DNA of 64,000 bases from Eledone cirrhosa (taxonomy: Eukaryota). The notes under the pieces are model-generated. The model searched no databases and had not been told where the DNA came from. It saw only the letters and a program-made list of their open reading frames with translations. Numbering within the stretch: position 1 is the first letter of the stretch; each line of letters starts with the position of its first letter. Shown piece after piece: positions 1-14,816 of this stretch. The translations under genes were made by a program, and so were the position numbers. The stretch is taken from the NCBI GenBank assembly GCA_964016885.1, contig CAXHJY010000738.1, forward strand, positions 124,001-188,000. Reading direction: 5' to 3'.

Positions 1-3000
1 TAGATAGAGTACAGTACAGTAGATATATTACAGTACAGTAGGTATATTACAGTACAGTAGGTATATTACAGTACAGTAGGTATATTACAGTACAGTAGGT
101 ATATTACAGTACAGTAGATATATTACAGTACAGTAGGTATATTACAATACAGTAGGTATATTACAGTACAGTAGGTATATTACAGTACAGTAGGTATATT
201 ACAGTACAGTAGATATATTACAGTACAGTAGATATATTACAGTACAGTAGATAGATTACAGTACAGTAGATATATTACAGTACAGTAGGTATATTATAGT
301 ACAGTAGGTATATTACAGTACAGTAGGTATATTACAGTACAGTAGATATAATACAGGAAAGTAGGTATATTACAGTACAGTAGGTATATTACATTACAGA
401 AGGTATAATACAGTACAGTAGGTATATTACAGTACAGTAGGTATATTACAGTACAGTAGGTATGTTACAGTACATTAGGTATATTACAGTACAGTAGGTA
501 TATTACAGTACAGTAGGTATATTACAGTACAGTAGGTATATCACAGTACAGTAGATATATTACAGTACAGTAGGTATATTACAGTACAGTAGGTATATTA
601 CAGTACAGTAGATAGAGTACAGTACAGTAGATATATTACAGTACAGTAGGTATAATACAGTACAGTAGGTATATTACAGTACAGTAGGTATATTACAGTA
701 CAGTAGGTATATTACAGTACAGTAGGTATATTACAGTACAGTAGATATATTGCAGTCCAGTAGGTATATTACAGTACAGTAGGTATATTACAGTACAGTA
801 GGTATATTACAGTACAGTAGATATATTACAGTACAGTAGGTATATTACAGTACAGTAGGTATATTACAGTACAGTAGATAGAGTACAGTACAGTAGATAT
901 ATTACAGTACAGTAGGTATAATACAGTACAGTAGGTATATTACAGTACAGTAGGTATATTACAGTACAGTAGGTATATTACAGTACAGTAGGTATATTAC
1001 AGTACAGTAGGTATATTACAGTACAGTAGATATATTGCAGTACAGTAGGTATATTACAGTACAGTAGATAGATTACAGTACATTAGATATATTACAGTAC
1101 AGTAGGTATATTACAGTACAGTAGATATATTACAGTACAGTAGGTATATTACAGTACAGTAGATAGATTACAGTACAGTAGGTATAATACAGTACAGTAG
1201 GTATATTACAGTACAGTAGGTATATTACAGTACAGTAGGTATATTACAGTACAGTAGTTATAATACAGTACAGTAGGTATATTACAGTACAGTAGTTATA
1301 ATACAGTACAGTAGGTATATTACAGTACAGTAGGTATATTACAGTACAGTAGGTATTTTACAGTACAGTAGGTATATTACAGTACAGTAGATATAATACA
1401 ATACAGTAGATATATTACAGTACAGTAGGTATATTACAGTACAGTAGGTATATTACAGTACAGTAGGTATATTACACTACAGTAGATATATTACAGTACA
1501 GTAGGTATATTACAGTACAGTAGGTATAATACCATACAGTAGGTATATTACAGTACAGTAGGTATATTACAGTACAGTAGGTATTTTACAGTACAGTAGG
1601 TATATTACAGTACAGTAGATATAATACAATACAGTAGATATATTACAGTACAGTAGGTATATTACAGTACAGTAGGTATATTACAGTACAGTAGGTATAT
1701 TACAGTACAGTAGGTATAATACAGTACAGTAGGTATATTACAGTACAGTAGGTATATTACAGTACAGTAGGTATAATACAGTACAGTAGGTATATTACAG
1801 TACAGTAGTTATATTACAGTACAGTAGGTATGTTACAGTACAGTAGGTATATTACAGTACAGTTGGTATATTACAGTACAGTAGGTATATTACAGTACAG
1901 TAGGTATATTACAGTACAATAGATATATTACAGTACAGTAGGTATATTACAGTACAGTAGGTATATTACAGTACAGTAGATAGAGTACAGTACAGTAGAT
2001 ATATTACAATACAGTAGGTATATTACAGTACAGTAGGTATATTACAGTACAGTAGGTATATTACAGTACAGTAGGTATATTACAGTACAGTAGATATATT
2101 ACAGTACAGTAGGTATATTACAATACAGTAGGTATATTACAGTACAGTAGGTATATTACAGTACAGTAGGTATATTACAGTACAGTAGATATATTACAGT
2201 ACAGTAGATATATTACTGTACAGTAGATAGATTACAGTACAGTAGATATATTACATTACACTAGGTATATTACAGTACAGTAGATATATTACAGTACAGT
2301 AGGTATATTATAGTACAGTAGGTATATTACAGTACAGTAGGTATATTACAGTAGGTATAATACAGTAAAGTAGGTATATTACAGTACAGTAGGTATATTA
2401 CATTACAGAAGGTATAATACAGTACAGTAGGTATATTACAGTACAGTAGGTATATTACAGTACAGTAGGTATGTTACAGTACATTAGGTATATTACAGTA
2501 CAGTAGGTATATTACAGTACAGTAGGTATATTACAGTACAGTAGGTATATTACAGTACAATAGATATATTACAGTACAGTAGGTATATTACAGTACAGTA
2601 GGTATATTACAGTACAGTAGATAGATTACAGTACATTAGATATATTACAGTACAGTAGATATATTACAGTACAATAGGTATATTACAGTACAGTAGGTAT
2701 ATTACAGTACAGTAGATATATTACAGTACAGTAGGTATATTACAGTACAGTAGATATATTACAGTACAGTAGATATATTACAGTACAGTAGGTATATTAC
2801 AGTACAGTAGGTATATTACAGTACAGTAGGTATATTACAGTACAGTAGGTATATTACAGTACAGTAGATATATTACAGTACAGTAGGTATAATACAGTAC
2901 AGTAGGTATATTACAGTACAGTAGGTATATTACAGTACATTAGGTATATTACAGTACAGTAGTTATAATACAGTACAGTAGGTATATTACAGTACAGTAG

Positions 3001-6000
3001 GTATATTACAGTACAGTAGGTATATTACAGTACAGTAGGTATATTGCAGTACAGTAGGTATATTACAGTACAGTAGATATAATACAGTACAGTAGATATA
3101 TTACAGTACAGTAGGTATATTACAGTACAGTTGGAATATTACAGTACAGTAGGTATATTACAGTACAGTAGGTATATTACAGTACAGTAGGTATATTACA
3201 GTACACTAGGTATATTACAGTACAGTAGGTATATTACAGTACAGTAGATACATTACAGTACAGTAGGTATATTACAGTACAGTAGGTATATTACAGTACA
3301 GTAGGTATATTACAGTACAGTAGGTATATTACAGTACAGTAGATATATTACAGTACAGTAGGTATATTACAGTACAGTAGGTATATTACAGTACAGTAGA
3401 TATATTACAGTACAGTAGGTATATTACAGTACAGTAGGTATATTACAGTACAGTAGATAGAGTACAGTACAGTAGATATATTACAGTACAGTAGGTATAT
3501 TACAGTACAGTAGGTATATTACAGTAAGTAGGTATATTACAGTACAGTAGATATATTACAGTACAGTAGGTATATTACAGTACAGTAGATAGATTACAGT
3601 ACAGTAGGTATATTACAGTACAGTAGATATATTACAGTACAGTAGATATATTACAGTACAGTAGGTATATTACAGTACAGTAGATATATTACAGTACAGT
3701 AGGTATATTACAGTACAGTAGATATATTACAGTACAGTAGGTATATTACAGTACAGTACGTATATTACAGTACAGTAGATATATTACAGTACAGTAGATA
3801 TATTACAGTACAGTAGGTATAATACAGTACAGTAGGTATATTACAGTACAGTAGGTATATTACAGTACAGTAGGTATATTACAGTACAGTAGTTATAATA
3901 CAGTACAGTAGGTATATTACAGTACAGTAGTTATAATACAGTACAGTAGGTATATTACAGTACAGTAGGTATATTACAGTACAGAAGGTATTTTACAGTA
4001 CAGTAGGTATATAACAGTACCGTAGATATAATACAATACAGTAGATATATTACAGTACAGTAGGTATATTACAGTACAGTAGGTATATTACAGTACAGTA
4101 GGTATATTACACTACAGTAGATATATTACAGTACAGTAGGTATATTACAGTACAGTAGGTATAATACCATACAGTAGGTATATTACAGTACAGTAGGTAT
4201 ATTACATTACAGTAGCTATAATACAGTACAGTAGATATATTACAGTACAGTAGGTATATTACAGTACAGTAGGTATATTACAGTACAGTAGGTATATTAC
4301 AGTACAGTAGATATATTACAGTACAGTAGATATATTACAGTACAGTAGATATATTACAGTACAGTAGGTATATTACAGTACAGTAGATAGATTACAGTAC
4401 AGTAGATAGATTACAGTACAGTAGGTATATTACAGTACAGTAGATAGATTACAGTACAGTAGATATATTACAGTACAGTAGGTATATTACAGTACAGTAG
4501 GTATATTACAGTACAGTAGGTATATTACAGTACAGTAGATATATTACAGTACAGTAGGTATATTACAGTACAGTAGGTATATTACAGTACAGTAGGTATA
4601 TTACAGTACAGTAGGTATAATACAGTACAGTAGGTATATTACAGTACAGTAGGTATATTACAGTAAAGTAGGTATAATACAGTACAGTAGGTATATTACA
4701 GTACAGTAGTTATATTACAGTACAGTAGGTATGTTACAGTACAGTAGGTATATTACAGTACAGTTGGTATATTACAGTACAGTAGGTATATTACAGTACA
4801 GTAGGTATATTACAGTACAATAGATATATTACAGTACAGTAGGTATATTACAGTACAGTAGGTATATTACAGTACAGTAGATAGAGTACAGTACAGTAGG
4901 TATATTACAGTACAGTAGGTATATTACAGTACAGTAGGTATATTACAGTACAGTAGGTATATTACAGTACAGTAGGTATATTACAGTACAGTAGGTATAT
5001 TACAGTACAGTAGGTATATTACAGTACAGTAGATATATTACAGTACAGTAGGTATATTACAGTACAGTAGGTATGTTACAGTACATTAGGTATATTACAG
5101 TACAGTAGGTATATTACAGTACAGTAGGTATATTACAGTACAGTAGGTATAATACAGTAAAGTAGGTATATTACAGTACAGTAGGTATATTACATTACAG
5201 AAGGTATAATACAGTACAGTAGGTATATTACAGTACAGCAGGTATATTACAGTACAGTAGGTATGTTACAGTACATTAGGTATATTACAGTACAGTAGGT
5301 ATATTACAGTACAGTAGGTATATTACAGTACAGTAGGTATATTACAGTACAGTAGATATATTACAGTACAGTAGGTATATTACAGTACAGTAGGTATATT
5401 ACAGTACAGTAGATAGAGTACAGTACAGTAGATATATTACAGTACAGTAGGCATAATACAGTACAGTAGGTATATTACAGTACAGTAGGTATATTACAGT
5501 ACAGTAGGTATATTACAGTACAGTAGGTATATTACAGTACAGTAGGTATATTACAGTACAGTAGATATATTGCAGTACAGTAGGTATATTACAGTACAGT
5601 AGATAGATTACAGTACATTAGATATATTACAGTACAGTAGATATATTACAGTACAATAGGTATATTACAGTACAGTAGGTATATTACAGTACAGTAGATA
5701 TATTACAGTACAGTAGGTATATTACAGTACAGTAGATATATTACAGTACAGTAGATATATTACAGTACAGTAGGTATATTACAGTACAGTAGGTATATTA
5801 CAGTACAGTAGGTATATTACAGTACAGTAGGTATATTACAGTACAGTAGATATATTACAGTACAGTAGGTATAATACAGTACAGTAGGTATATTACAGTA
5901 CAGTAGGTATATTACAGTACATTAGGTATATTACAGTACAGTAGTTATAATACAGTACAGTAGGTATATTACAGTACAGTAGGTATATTACAGTACAGTA

Positions 6001-9000
6001 GGTATATTACAGTACAGTAGGTATATTGCAGTACAGTAGGTATATTACAGTACAGTAGATATACTACAGTACAGTAGATATATTACAGTACAGTAGGTAT
6101 ATTACAGTACAGTTGGAATATTACAGTACAGTAGGTATATTACAGTACAGTAGGTATATTACAGTACAGTAGGTATATTACAGTACACTAGGTATATTAC
6201 AGTACAGTAGGTATATTACAGTACAGTAGATATATTACAGTACACTGGGTATATTACAGTACAGTAGGTATATTACAGTACAGTAGATATATTACAGTAC
6301 AGTAGGTATAATACCATACAGTAGGTATATTACAGTACAGTAGGTATATTACAGTACAGTAGGTATAATACACTACAGTAGATATATTGCAGTACAGTAG
6401 GTATATTACACTACAGTAGGTATATTACAGTACAGTAGGTATATTAAAGTACAGTAGGTATAATACAGTACAGTAGGTATATTACAGTACAGTAGGTATA
6501 TTACAGTACAGTAGATATAATACAATACAGTAGATATATTGCAGTACAGTAGGTATATTACTGTACAGTAGGTATATTACAGTACAGTAGGTATATTACA
6601 CTACAGTAGGTATATTACAGTACAGTAGGTATATTAAAGTACAGTAGGTATAATACAGTACAGTAGGTATATTACAGTACGGTAGGTATATTACAGTACA
6701 GTAGATATATTACAGTACAGTAGATATAATACAGTACAGTAGATATATTACAGTACAGTAGGTATATTACAGTACAGTAGGTATATTACAGTACAGTAGG
6801 TATATTACAGTACAGTAGGTATATTACAGTACAGTAGATATATTACAGTACAGTAGATATATTACAGTACAGTAGGTATAATACAGTACAGTAGGTATAT
6901 TACAGTACAGTAGGTATATTACAGTACAGTAGGTATATTACAGTACAGTAGGTATATTACACTACAGTAGGTATATTACAGTACAGTAGGTATATTAAAG
7001 TACAGTAGGTATAATACAGTACAGTAGGTATATTACAGTACGGTAGGTATATTACAGTACAGTAGATATATTACAGTACAGTAGATATAATACAGTACAG
7101 TAGATATATTACAGTACAGTAGGTATATTACAGTACAGTAGGTATATTACAGTACAGTAGGTATATTACAGTACAGTAGGTATATTACAGTACAGTAGGT
7201 ATATTATAGTACAGTAGATATATTACAGTACAGTAGGTATATTACAGTACAGTAGGTATATTACAGTACAGTAGATATGTTACAGTACAGTAGGTATAAT
7301 ACAGTAAAGTAGGTATATTACAGTACAGTAGGTATATTACAGTACAGTAGGTATAATACAGTACAGTAGGTATATTACAGTACAGTAGGTATATTACACT
7401 ACAGTAGGTATGTTACAGTACAGTAGGTATGTTACAGTACAGTAGGTATATTACAGTACAGTAGGTATATTACAGTACAGTAGGTATATTACAGTACAAT
7501 AGATATATTACAGTACAGTAGGTATATTACAGTACAGTAGGTATATTACAGTACAGTAGGTATATTACAGTACAGTAGGTATATTACAGTACAGTAGGTA
7601 TATTACAGTACAGTACGTATATTACAGTACAGTAGGTATATTACAGTACAGTAGATATATTACAGTACAGTAGATATATTACAGTACAGTAGGTATATTA
7701 CAGTACAGTAGATATATTACAGTACAGTAGGTATATTACAGTACAGTAGATATATTACAGTACAGTAGGTATATTACAGTACAGTAGGTATATTACAGTA
7801 CAGTAGATATATTACAGTACAGTAGGTATAATACAGTACAGTGGGTATATTACAGTACAGTAGGTATATTACACTAAAGTAGATATATTACAGTACAGTA
7901 GGTATATTACAGTACAGTAGGTATAATACCATACAGTAGGTATATTACAGTACAGTAGGTATATTACAGTACAGTAGGTATAATACAGTACAGTAGATAT
8001 ATTACAGTCAGTAGGTATATTACAGTACAGTAGGTATATTACAGTACAGTAGGTATATTACAGTACAGTAGATATATTACAGTACAGTAGATATATTACA
8101 GTACAGTAGATATATTACAGTACAGTAGGTATATTACAGTACAGTAGATAGATTACAGTACAGTAGGTATATTACAGTACACTAGATAGATTACAGTACA
8201 GTAGATATATTACAGTACAGTAGGTATATTACAGTACCATAGGTATATTACAGTACAGTAGATATATTACAGTACAGTAGGTATATTACAGTACAGTAGG
8301 TATATTACAGTACAGTAGGTATATTACAGTACAGTAGGTATATTACAGTACAGTAGGTATAATACAGTACAGTAGGTATATTACAGTACAGTAGGTATAT
8401 TACAGTACAGTAGGTATAATACAGTACAGTAGGTATAATACAGTACAGTAGGTATAATACAGTACAGTAGGTATATTACAGTACAGTAGGTATATTACAG
8501 TACAGTAGGTATGTTACAGTACAGTAGGTATATTACTGTACAGTTGGTATATTACAGTACAGTAGGTATATTACAGTACAGTAGGTATATTACAGTACAG
8601 TAGATATATTACAGTACAGTAGGTATATTACAGTACAGTAGGTATATTACAGTACAGTAGATAGAGTACAGTACAGTAGATATATTACAGTACAGTAGGT
8701 ATATTACAGTACAGTAGGTATATTACAGTACAGTATGTATATTACAGTACAGTAGGTATATTACAGTACAGTAGGTATATTACAGTACAGTAGGTATATT
8801 ACAGTACAGTAGGTATATTACAGTACAGTAGATATATTACAGTACAATAGGTATATTACAGTACAGTAGGTATATTACAGTACAGTAGGTATATTACAGT
8901 ACAGTAGGTATATTACAGTACAGTAGATATATTACAGTACAGTAGATATATTACAGTACAGTAGATAGATTACAGTACAGTAGATATATTACAGTACAGT

Positions 9001-12000
9001 AGGTATATTACAGTACAGTAGATATATTACAGTACAGTAGGTATGTTACAGTACAGTAGGTATATTACTGTACAGTTGGTATATTACAGTACAGTAGGTA
9101 TATTATAGTACAGTAGGTATATTACAGTACAGTAGGTATATTACAGTACAGTAGGTATAATACAGTAAAGTAGGTATATTACAGTACAGAAGGTATATTA
9201 CACTACAGTAGGTATAATACAGTACAGTAGGTATATTACAGTACAGTAGGTATATTACAGTACAGTAGGTATGTTACAGTACAGTAGGTATATTACAGTA
9301 CAGTAGGTATATTACAGTACAGTAGGTATATTACAGTACAGTAGGTATATTACAGTACAGTAGATATATTACAGTACAGTAGGTATATTACAGTACAGTA
9401 GGTATATTACAGTACAGTAGATAGAGTACAGTACAGTAGATATATTACAGTACAGTAGGTATATTACAGTACAGTAGGTATAATACAGTACAGTAGGTAT
9501 ATTACAGTACAGTAGGTTTATTACAGTACAGTAGGTATATTACAGTACAGTAGGTATATTACAGTACAGTAGGTATATTACAGTACAGTAGATATATTGC
9601 AGTACAGTAGGTATATTACAGTAAAGTAGATAGATTACAGTACATTAGATATATTACAGTACAGTAGATATATTACAGTACAATAGGTATATTACAGTAC
9701 AGTAGGTATATTACAGTACAGTAGATATATTACAGTACAGTAGGTATATTACAGTACAGTAGATATATTACAGTACAGTAGGTATATTACAGTACAGTCG
9801 ATATAATACAGTACAATAGGTATATTACAGTACAGTAGGTATATTACAGTACAGTCGATATAATACAGTACAGTAGATATATTACAGTACAGTAGGTATA
9901 TTACAGTACAGTTGGTATATTACAGTACAGTAGGTATATTACAGTACAGTAGGTATATTACAGTACAGTAGGTATATTACAGTACAGTAGGTATATTACA
10001 GTACACTAGGTATATTACAGTACAGTAGGTATATTACAGTACAGTAGATATATTACAGTACAGTAGGTATAATACCATACAGTAGGTATATTACAGTACA
10101 GTAGGTATATTACAGTACAGTAGGTATAATACAGTACAGTAGATATATTACAGTACAGTAGGTATATTACACTACAGTAGGTATATTACAGTACAGTAGG
10201 TATATTAAAGTACAGTAGGTATAATACAGTACAGTAGTTATATTACAGTACAGTAGGTATATTACAGTACAGTAGATATAATACAGTACAGTATATATAT
10301 TGCAGTACAGTAGGTATATTACTGTACAGTAGGTATATTACAGTACAGTAGATATATTACAGTACAGTAGTTATATTACAGTACAGTAGGTATATTACAG
10401 TACAGTAGGTATATTACAGTACAGTAGATATATTACAGTACAGTAGGTATAATACAGTACAGTAGGTATATTACAGTACAGTAGGTATATTACAGTACAG
10501 TAGGTATATTACACTACAGTAGGTATATTACACTACAGTAGGTATATTACAGTACACTAGGTATATTACACTACAGTAGGTATATTACAGTACAGTAGGT
10601 ATATTAAAGTACAGTAGGTATAATACAGTACAGTAGGTATATTACAGTACAGTAGGTATATTACAGTACAGTAGATATAATACAGTACAGTAGATATATT
10701 ACAGTACAGTAGGTATATTACAGTACTGTAGGTATATTACAGTACAGTAGGTATAATACAGTACAGTAGGTATATTACAGTACAGTAGGTATATTACAGT
10801 ACAGTAGGTATATTACAGTACAGTAGGTATATTACAGTACAGTAGGTATATTACAATACAGTAGGTATATTACAGTACAGTAAATAGATTACAGTACAGT
10901 AGATATATTACAGTACAGTAGGTATATTACAGTACAGTAGGTATATTATAGTACAGTAGATATATTACAGTACAGTAGGTATATTACAGTACAGTAGATA
11001 TATTACAGTACAGTAGATATAATACAGTACAGTAGGTATATTACAGTACAGTAGGTATATTACAGTACATTAGGTATATTACAGTACAGTAGGTATAATA
11101 CAGTACAGTAGATATATTACAGTACAGTAGGTATATTACAGTACAGTAGGTATATTACAGTACAGTAGATATATTACAGTACAGTAGGTATAATACAGTA
11201 AAGTAGGTATATTACAGTACAGTAGGTATATTACAGTACAGTAGGTATAATACAGTACAGTAGGTATATTACAGTACAGTAGGTATATTACAGTACAGTA
11301 GGTATGTTACAGTACAGTAGGTATATTACAGTACAGTAGGTATATTACAGTACAGTAGGTATATTACAGTACAGTAGGTATATTACAGTACAGTAGATAT
11401 ATTACAGTACAGTAGGTATATTACAGTACAGTAGATTTATTACAGTACAGTAGATAGAGTACAGTACAGTAGATATATTACAGTACAGTAGGTGTATTAC
11501 AGTACAGTAGGTATATTACAGTACAATAGGTATATTACAGTACAGTAGGTATATTACAGTACAGTAGATATATTACAGTACAGTAGGTATATTACAGTAC
11601 AGTAGATAGATTACAGTACAGTAGATATATTACAGTACAGTAGATATATTACAGTACAGTAGGTATATTACAGTACAGTAGATATATTACAGTACAGTAG
11701 GTATATTACAGTACATTAGATATATTACAGTACAGTAGGTATATTACAGTGCAGTAGGTATATTACAGTACAGTAGGTATATTACAGTACAGTAGATATA
11801 TTACAGTGCAGTAGGTATAATACAGAACAGTAGGTATATTACAGTACAGTAGGTATATTACAGTACAGTAGGTATATTACAGTACACTAGTTATAATACA
11901 GTACAGTAGGTATATTACATTACAGTAGTTATAATACAGTACAGTAGGTATATTACAGTACAGTAGGTATATTACAGTACAGTAGGTATATTACAGTACA

Positions 12001-13927
12001 GTAGGTATATTACAGTACAGTAGATATAATACAATACAGTAGATATATTACAGTACAGTAGGTATATTACAGTACAGTAGGTATATTACAGTACAGAAGG
12101 TATATTACAGTACAGTAGGTATATTACACTACAGTAGATATATTACAGTACAGTAGGTATATTACAGTACAGTAGGTATAATACCATACAGTATGTATAT
12201 TACAGTACAGTAGGTATATTACAGTACAGTAGGTATAATACAGTACAGTAGATATATTACAGTACAGTAGGTATATTACAGTACAGTAGATATATTACAG
12301 TACAGTAGATATATTACAGTACAGTAGATATATTACAGTACAGTAGGTATATTACAGTACAGTAGATAGATTACAGTACAGTAGATAGATTACAGTACAG
12401 TAGGTATATTACAGTACAGTAGATAGATTACAGTACAGTAGATATATTACAGTACAGTAGGTATATTACAGTACAGTAGGTATATTACAGTACAGTAGGT
12501 ATATTACAGTACAGTATGTATATTACAGTACAGTAGGTATATTACAGTACAGTAGGTATATTACAGTACAGTAGGTATAATACAGTACAGTAGGTATATT
12601 ACAGTACAGTAGGTATATTACAGTACAGTAGGTATATTACAGTAGGTATAATACAGTACAGTAGGTATAATACAGTACAGTAGGTATATCACAGTACAGT
12701 AGATATATTACAGTACAGAAGATATATTACAGTACATTAGGTATATTACAGTACAGTAGGTATATTACAGTACAGTAGGTATATTACAGTACAGTAGGTA
12801 TATTACAGTACAGTAGATATATTACAGTACAGTAGGTATATTACAGTACACTAGGTATATTACAGTACAGTAGGTATATTACAGTAGATATATTGCAGTA
12901 CAGTAGGTATATTACTGTACAGTAGGGATAATACAGTACAGTAGATATGTTACAGTACAGTAGGTATATTACAGTACAGTAGGTATATTACAGTACAGTA
13001 GACATATTACAGTACAGTATGTATATTACAGTACAGTAGGTATATTACAGTACAGTAGGTATAATACAGTAAAGTAGATATATTACAGTACAGAAGATAT
13101 ATTACAGTACAGAAGATATATTACAGTACAGTAGATAGATTACAGTACAGTAGATATATTACAGTACAGTAGGTATATTACAGTACAGTAGATATATTAC
13201 AGTACAGTAGGTATATTATAGTACAGTAGGTATATTACAGTACAGTAGATATATTACAGTACAGAAGATATATTACAGTACAGTAGATAGATTACAGTAC
13301 AGTATATATATTACAGTACAGTAGGTATATTACAGTACAGTAGATATATTACAGTACAGTAGGTATATTACAGTACAGTAGGTATATTACAGTACAGTAG
13401 GTATAATATAGTAAAGTAGGTATATTACAGTACAGTAGGTATATTACACTACAGTAGGTATAATACAGTACAGCAGGTATATTACAGTACAGTAGGTATA
13501 TTACAGTACAGTAGGTATGTTACAGTACATTAGGTATATTACAGTACAGTAGGTATATTACAGTACAGTAGGTATATTACAGTACAGTAGGTATATTACA
13601 GTACAGTAGATATATTACAGTACAGTAGGTATATTACAGTACACTAGGTATATTACAGTACAGTAGGTATATTACAGTACAGTAGATATATTGCAGTACA
13701 GTAGGTATATTACTGTACAGTAGGGATAATACAGTACAGTAGATATGTTACAGTACAGTAGGTATATTACAGTACAGTAGGTATATTACAGTACAGTAGA
13801 CATATTACAGTACAGTATGTATATTACAGTACAGTAGGTATATTACAGTACAGTAGGTATATTACAGTACAGTAGGTATATTACAGTACAGTAGGTATAT
13901 TACAGTACAGTAGATATATTACAGTAC
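1..13927. repeat. 19-bp tandem satellite array, segment 1 (consensus TACAGTACAGTAGGTATAT; common variant TAGA for TAGG)
   Basis: Continuous head-to-tail 19-bp monomers in one orientation, with point variants and occasional 14-bp or 18-bp units. The window starts inside the array. Consensus GC is 6/19. Confidence 0.99.
13914..13927 (+). repeat. Left copy of probable 14-bp target-site duplication ATATATTACAGTAC (copy 1)
   Basis: Identical to 15080-15093. Both carry the minority A variant of the monomer. Length is ambiguous modulo 19 because the target is a tandem repeat. Confidence 0.7.
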
Positions 13928-13931
13928 GGGG

Positions 13932-14816
13932 ATGCCGTGGCTAATGATGCGTAAACACGCATTAAGGCTACGGCACCTCTACGTATTCCTCACCGGACAA
14001 CCGGTGTGGGCCTCGTTTGTGAGACGAACCTTTCCCAGACTCGTCTCACTCACCGAGCTGCAATCCTGGGTCAAGCAAAGACCGAGAAAACTGGGCGCCT
14101 GGCACACTGAGTGTGCCCAGGCGCTCACCGCCCTCTGGCAGGCGGATCCGGTTATCAGTGGAGACTCCACCGCAACATTCTATAGAGGGCTGGTACGCAG
14201 CAGGTGCGACGACGCCCTCGGAGAAGCCCTAGACATGGAGGAGGACGAACTGGCAAGCCTTTTCGGTAGGACATTCAGCCCGGGACCTATGGACAACTTC
14301 CAGAAGTCCCTGGCCTGGCAGTGCTACCGAGGGGCTTTACCCGTTCGAGAAAGGCTCTACAGACACGGGCGCCCGGGTAGGGACCCCGCCAAAAAGATCT
14401 GTCCCAGATGCGTGTGCGACGAGGAAACCGTTGCACACGCATTAGTACACTGCTCGGGCGTAGCCGATCTGTGGGGCTATGTCGAACAACTGCTGTCAAG
14501 GGTGGGACCGATCCGGTTGACCACCGAGTCTATTGTAATGATCAAGCCGCCTCCCCCCTTCAAAGATGAAGCAGAGGCGGTGTTTCTGTGCGTAATAGCC
14601 ATGGCGAAAGAGGTTGTATGGTGGACGCGTCTGAAAGGACTGAGGTCGGGCACCTTTCTCTCTGGCCAACAACTGGTCCGTTTCTTCCGATATCATTTCG
14701 GAAGAAGGATCAGGATGGAGAGAGAGGTGCTGCACCCCAGCCGTTTCTATGAAAGATGGGTGAAAGTGGCGAGAATGGCCCGTGTGAATGGGCCTTCACT
14801 CTACATCAGACTATAG
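13932..14816 (+). pseudogene. C-terminal 294 aa of a Tx1/L1-like ORF2 (post-RT region plus zf-RVT CCHC zinc knuckle); endonuclease and RT core absent
   Basis: The fragment begins (G)MPW, resembling the end of the GGLG[LM]P motif that follows the RT core in Tx1/L1-type ORF2. It contains LAWQCYRGALPVRERL then CPRC-x8-H-x4-C (14400-14453, ETVAHALVHC), and a later AKEVVWWTR motif, which is the typical arrangement. No stops or frameshifts before TAG at 14814-14816. Confidence 0.88.

Noticed and set aside
651-656. TATAAT (-10 box-like) and TATA-like motifs recurring through the array
   Set aside because: Single T-to-A variant of the monomer's TATATT. There is no promoter context and the region is eukaryotic satellite.
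1-13927. Repeat-encoded peptide or splice-site array (TTACAG, AG/GTAT in every monomer)
   Set aside because: A 19-bp period puts TAG (plus strand) and TAA (minus strand) in every frame within 57 bp. The splice-like words lack polypyrimidine tracts and exon context.
13979-14735. Three short minus-strand ORFs (63, 70, 79 aa) and their duplicates at 18612-19368
   Set aside because: Antisense shadows of the GC-rich ORF2 fragment with no recognisable motifs.
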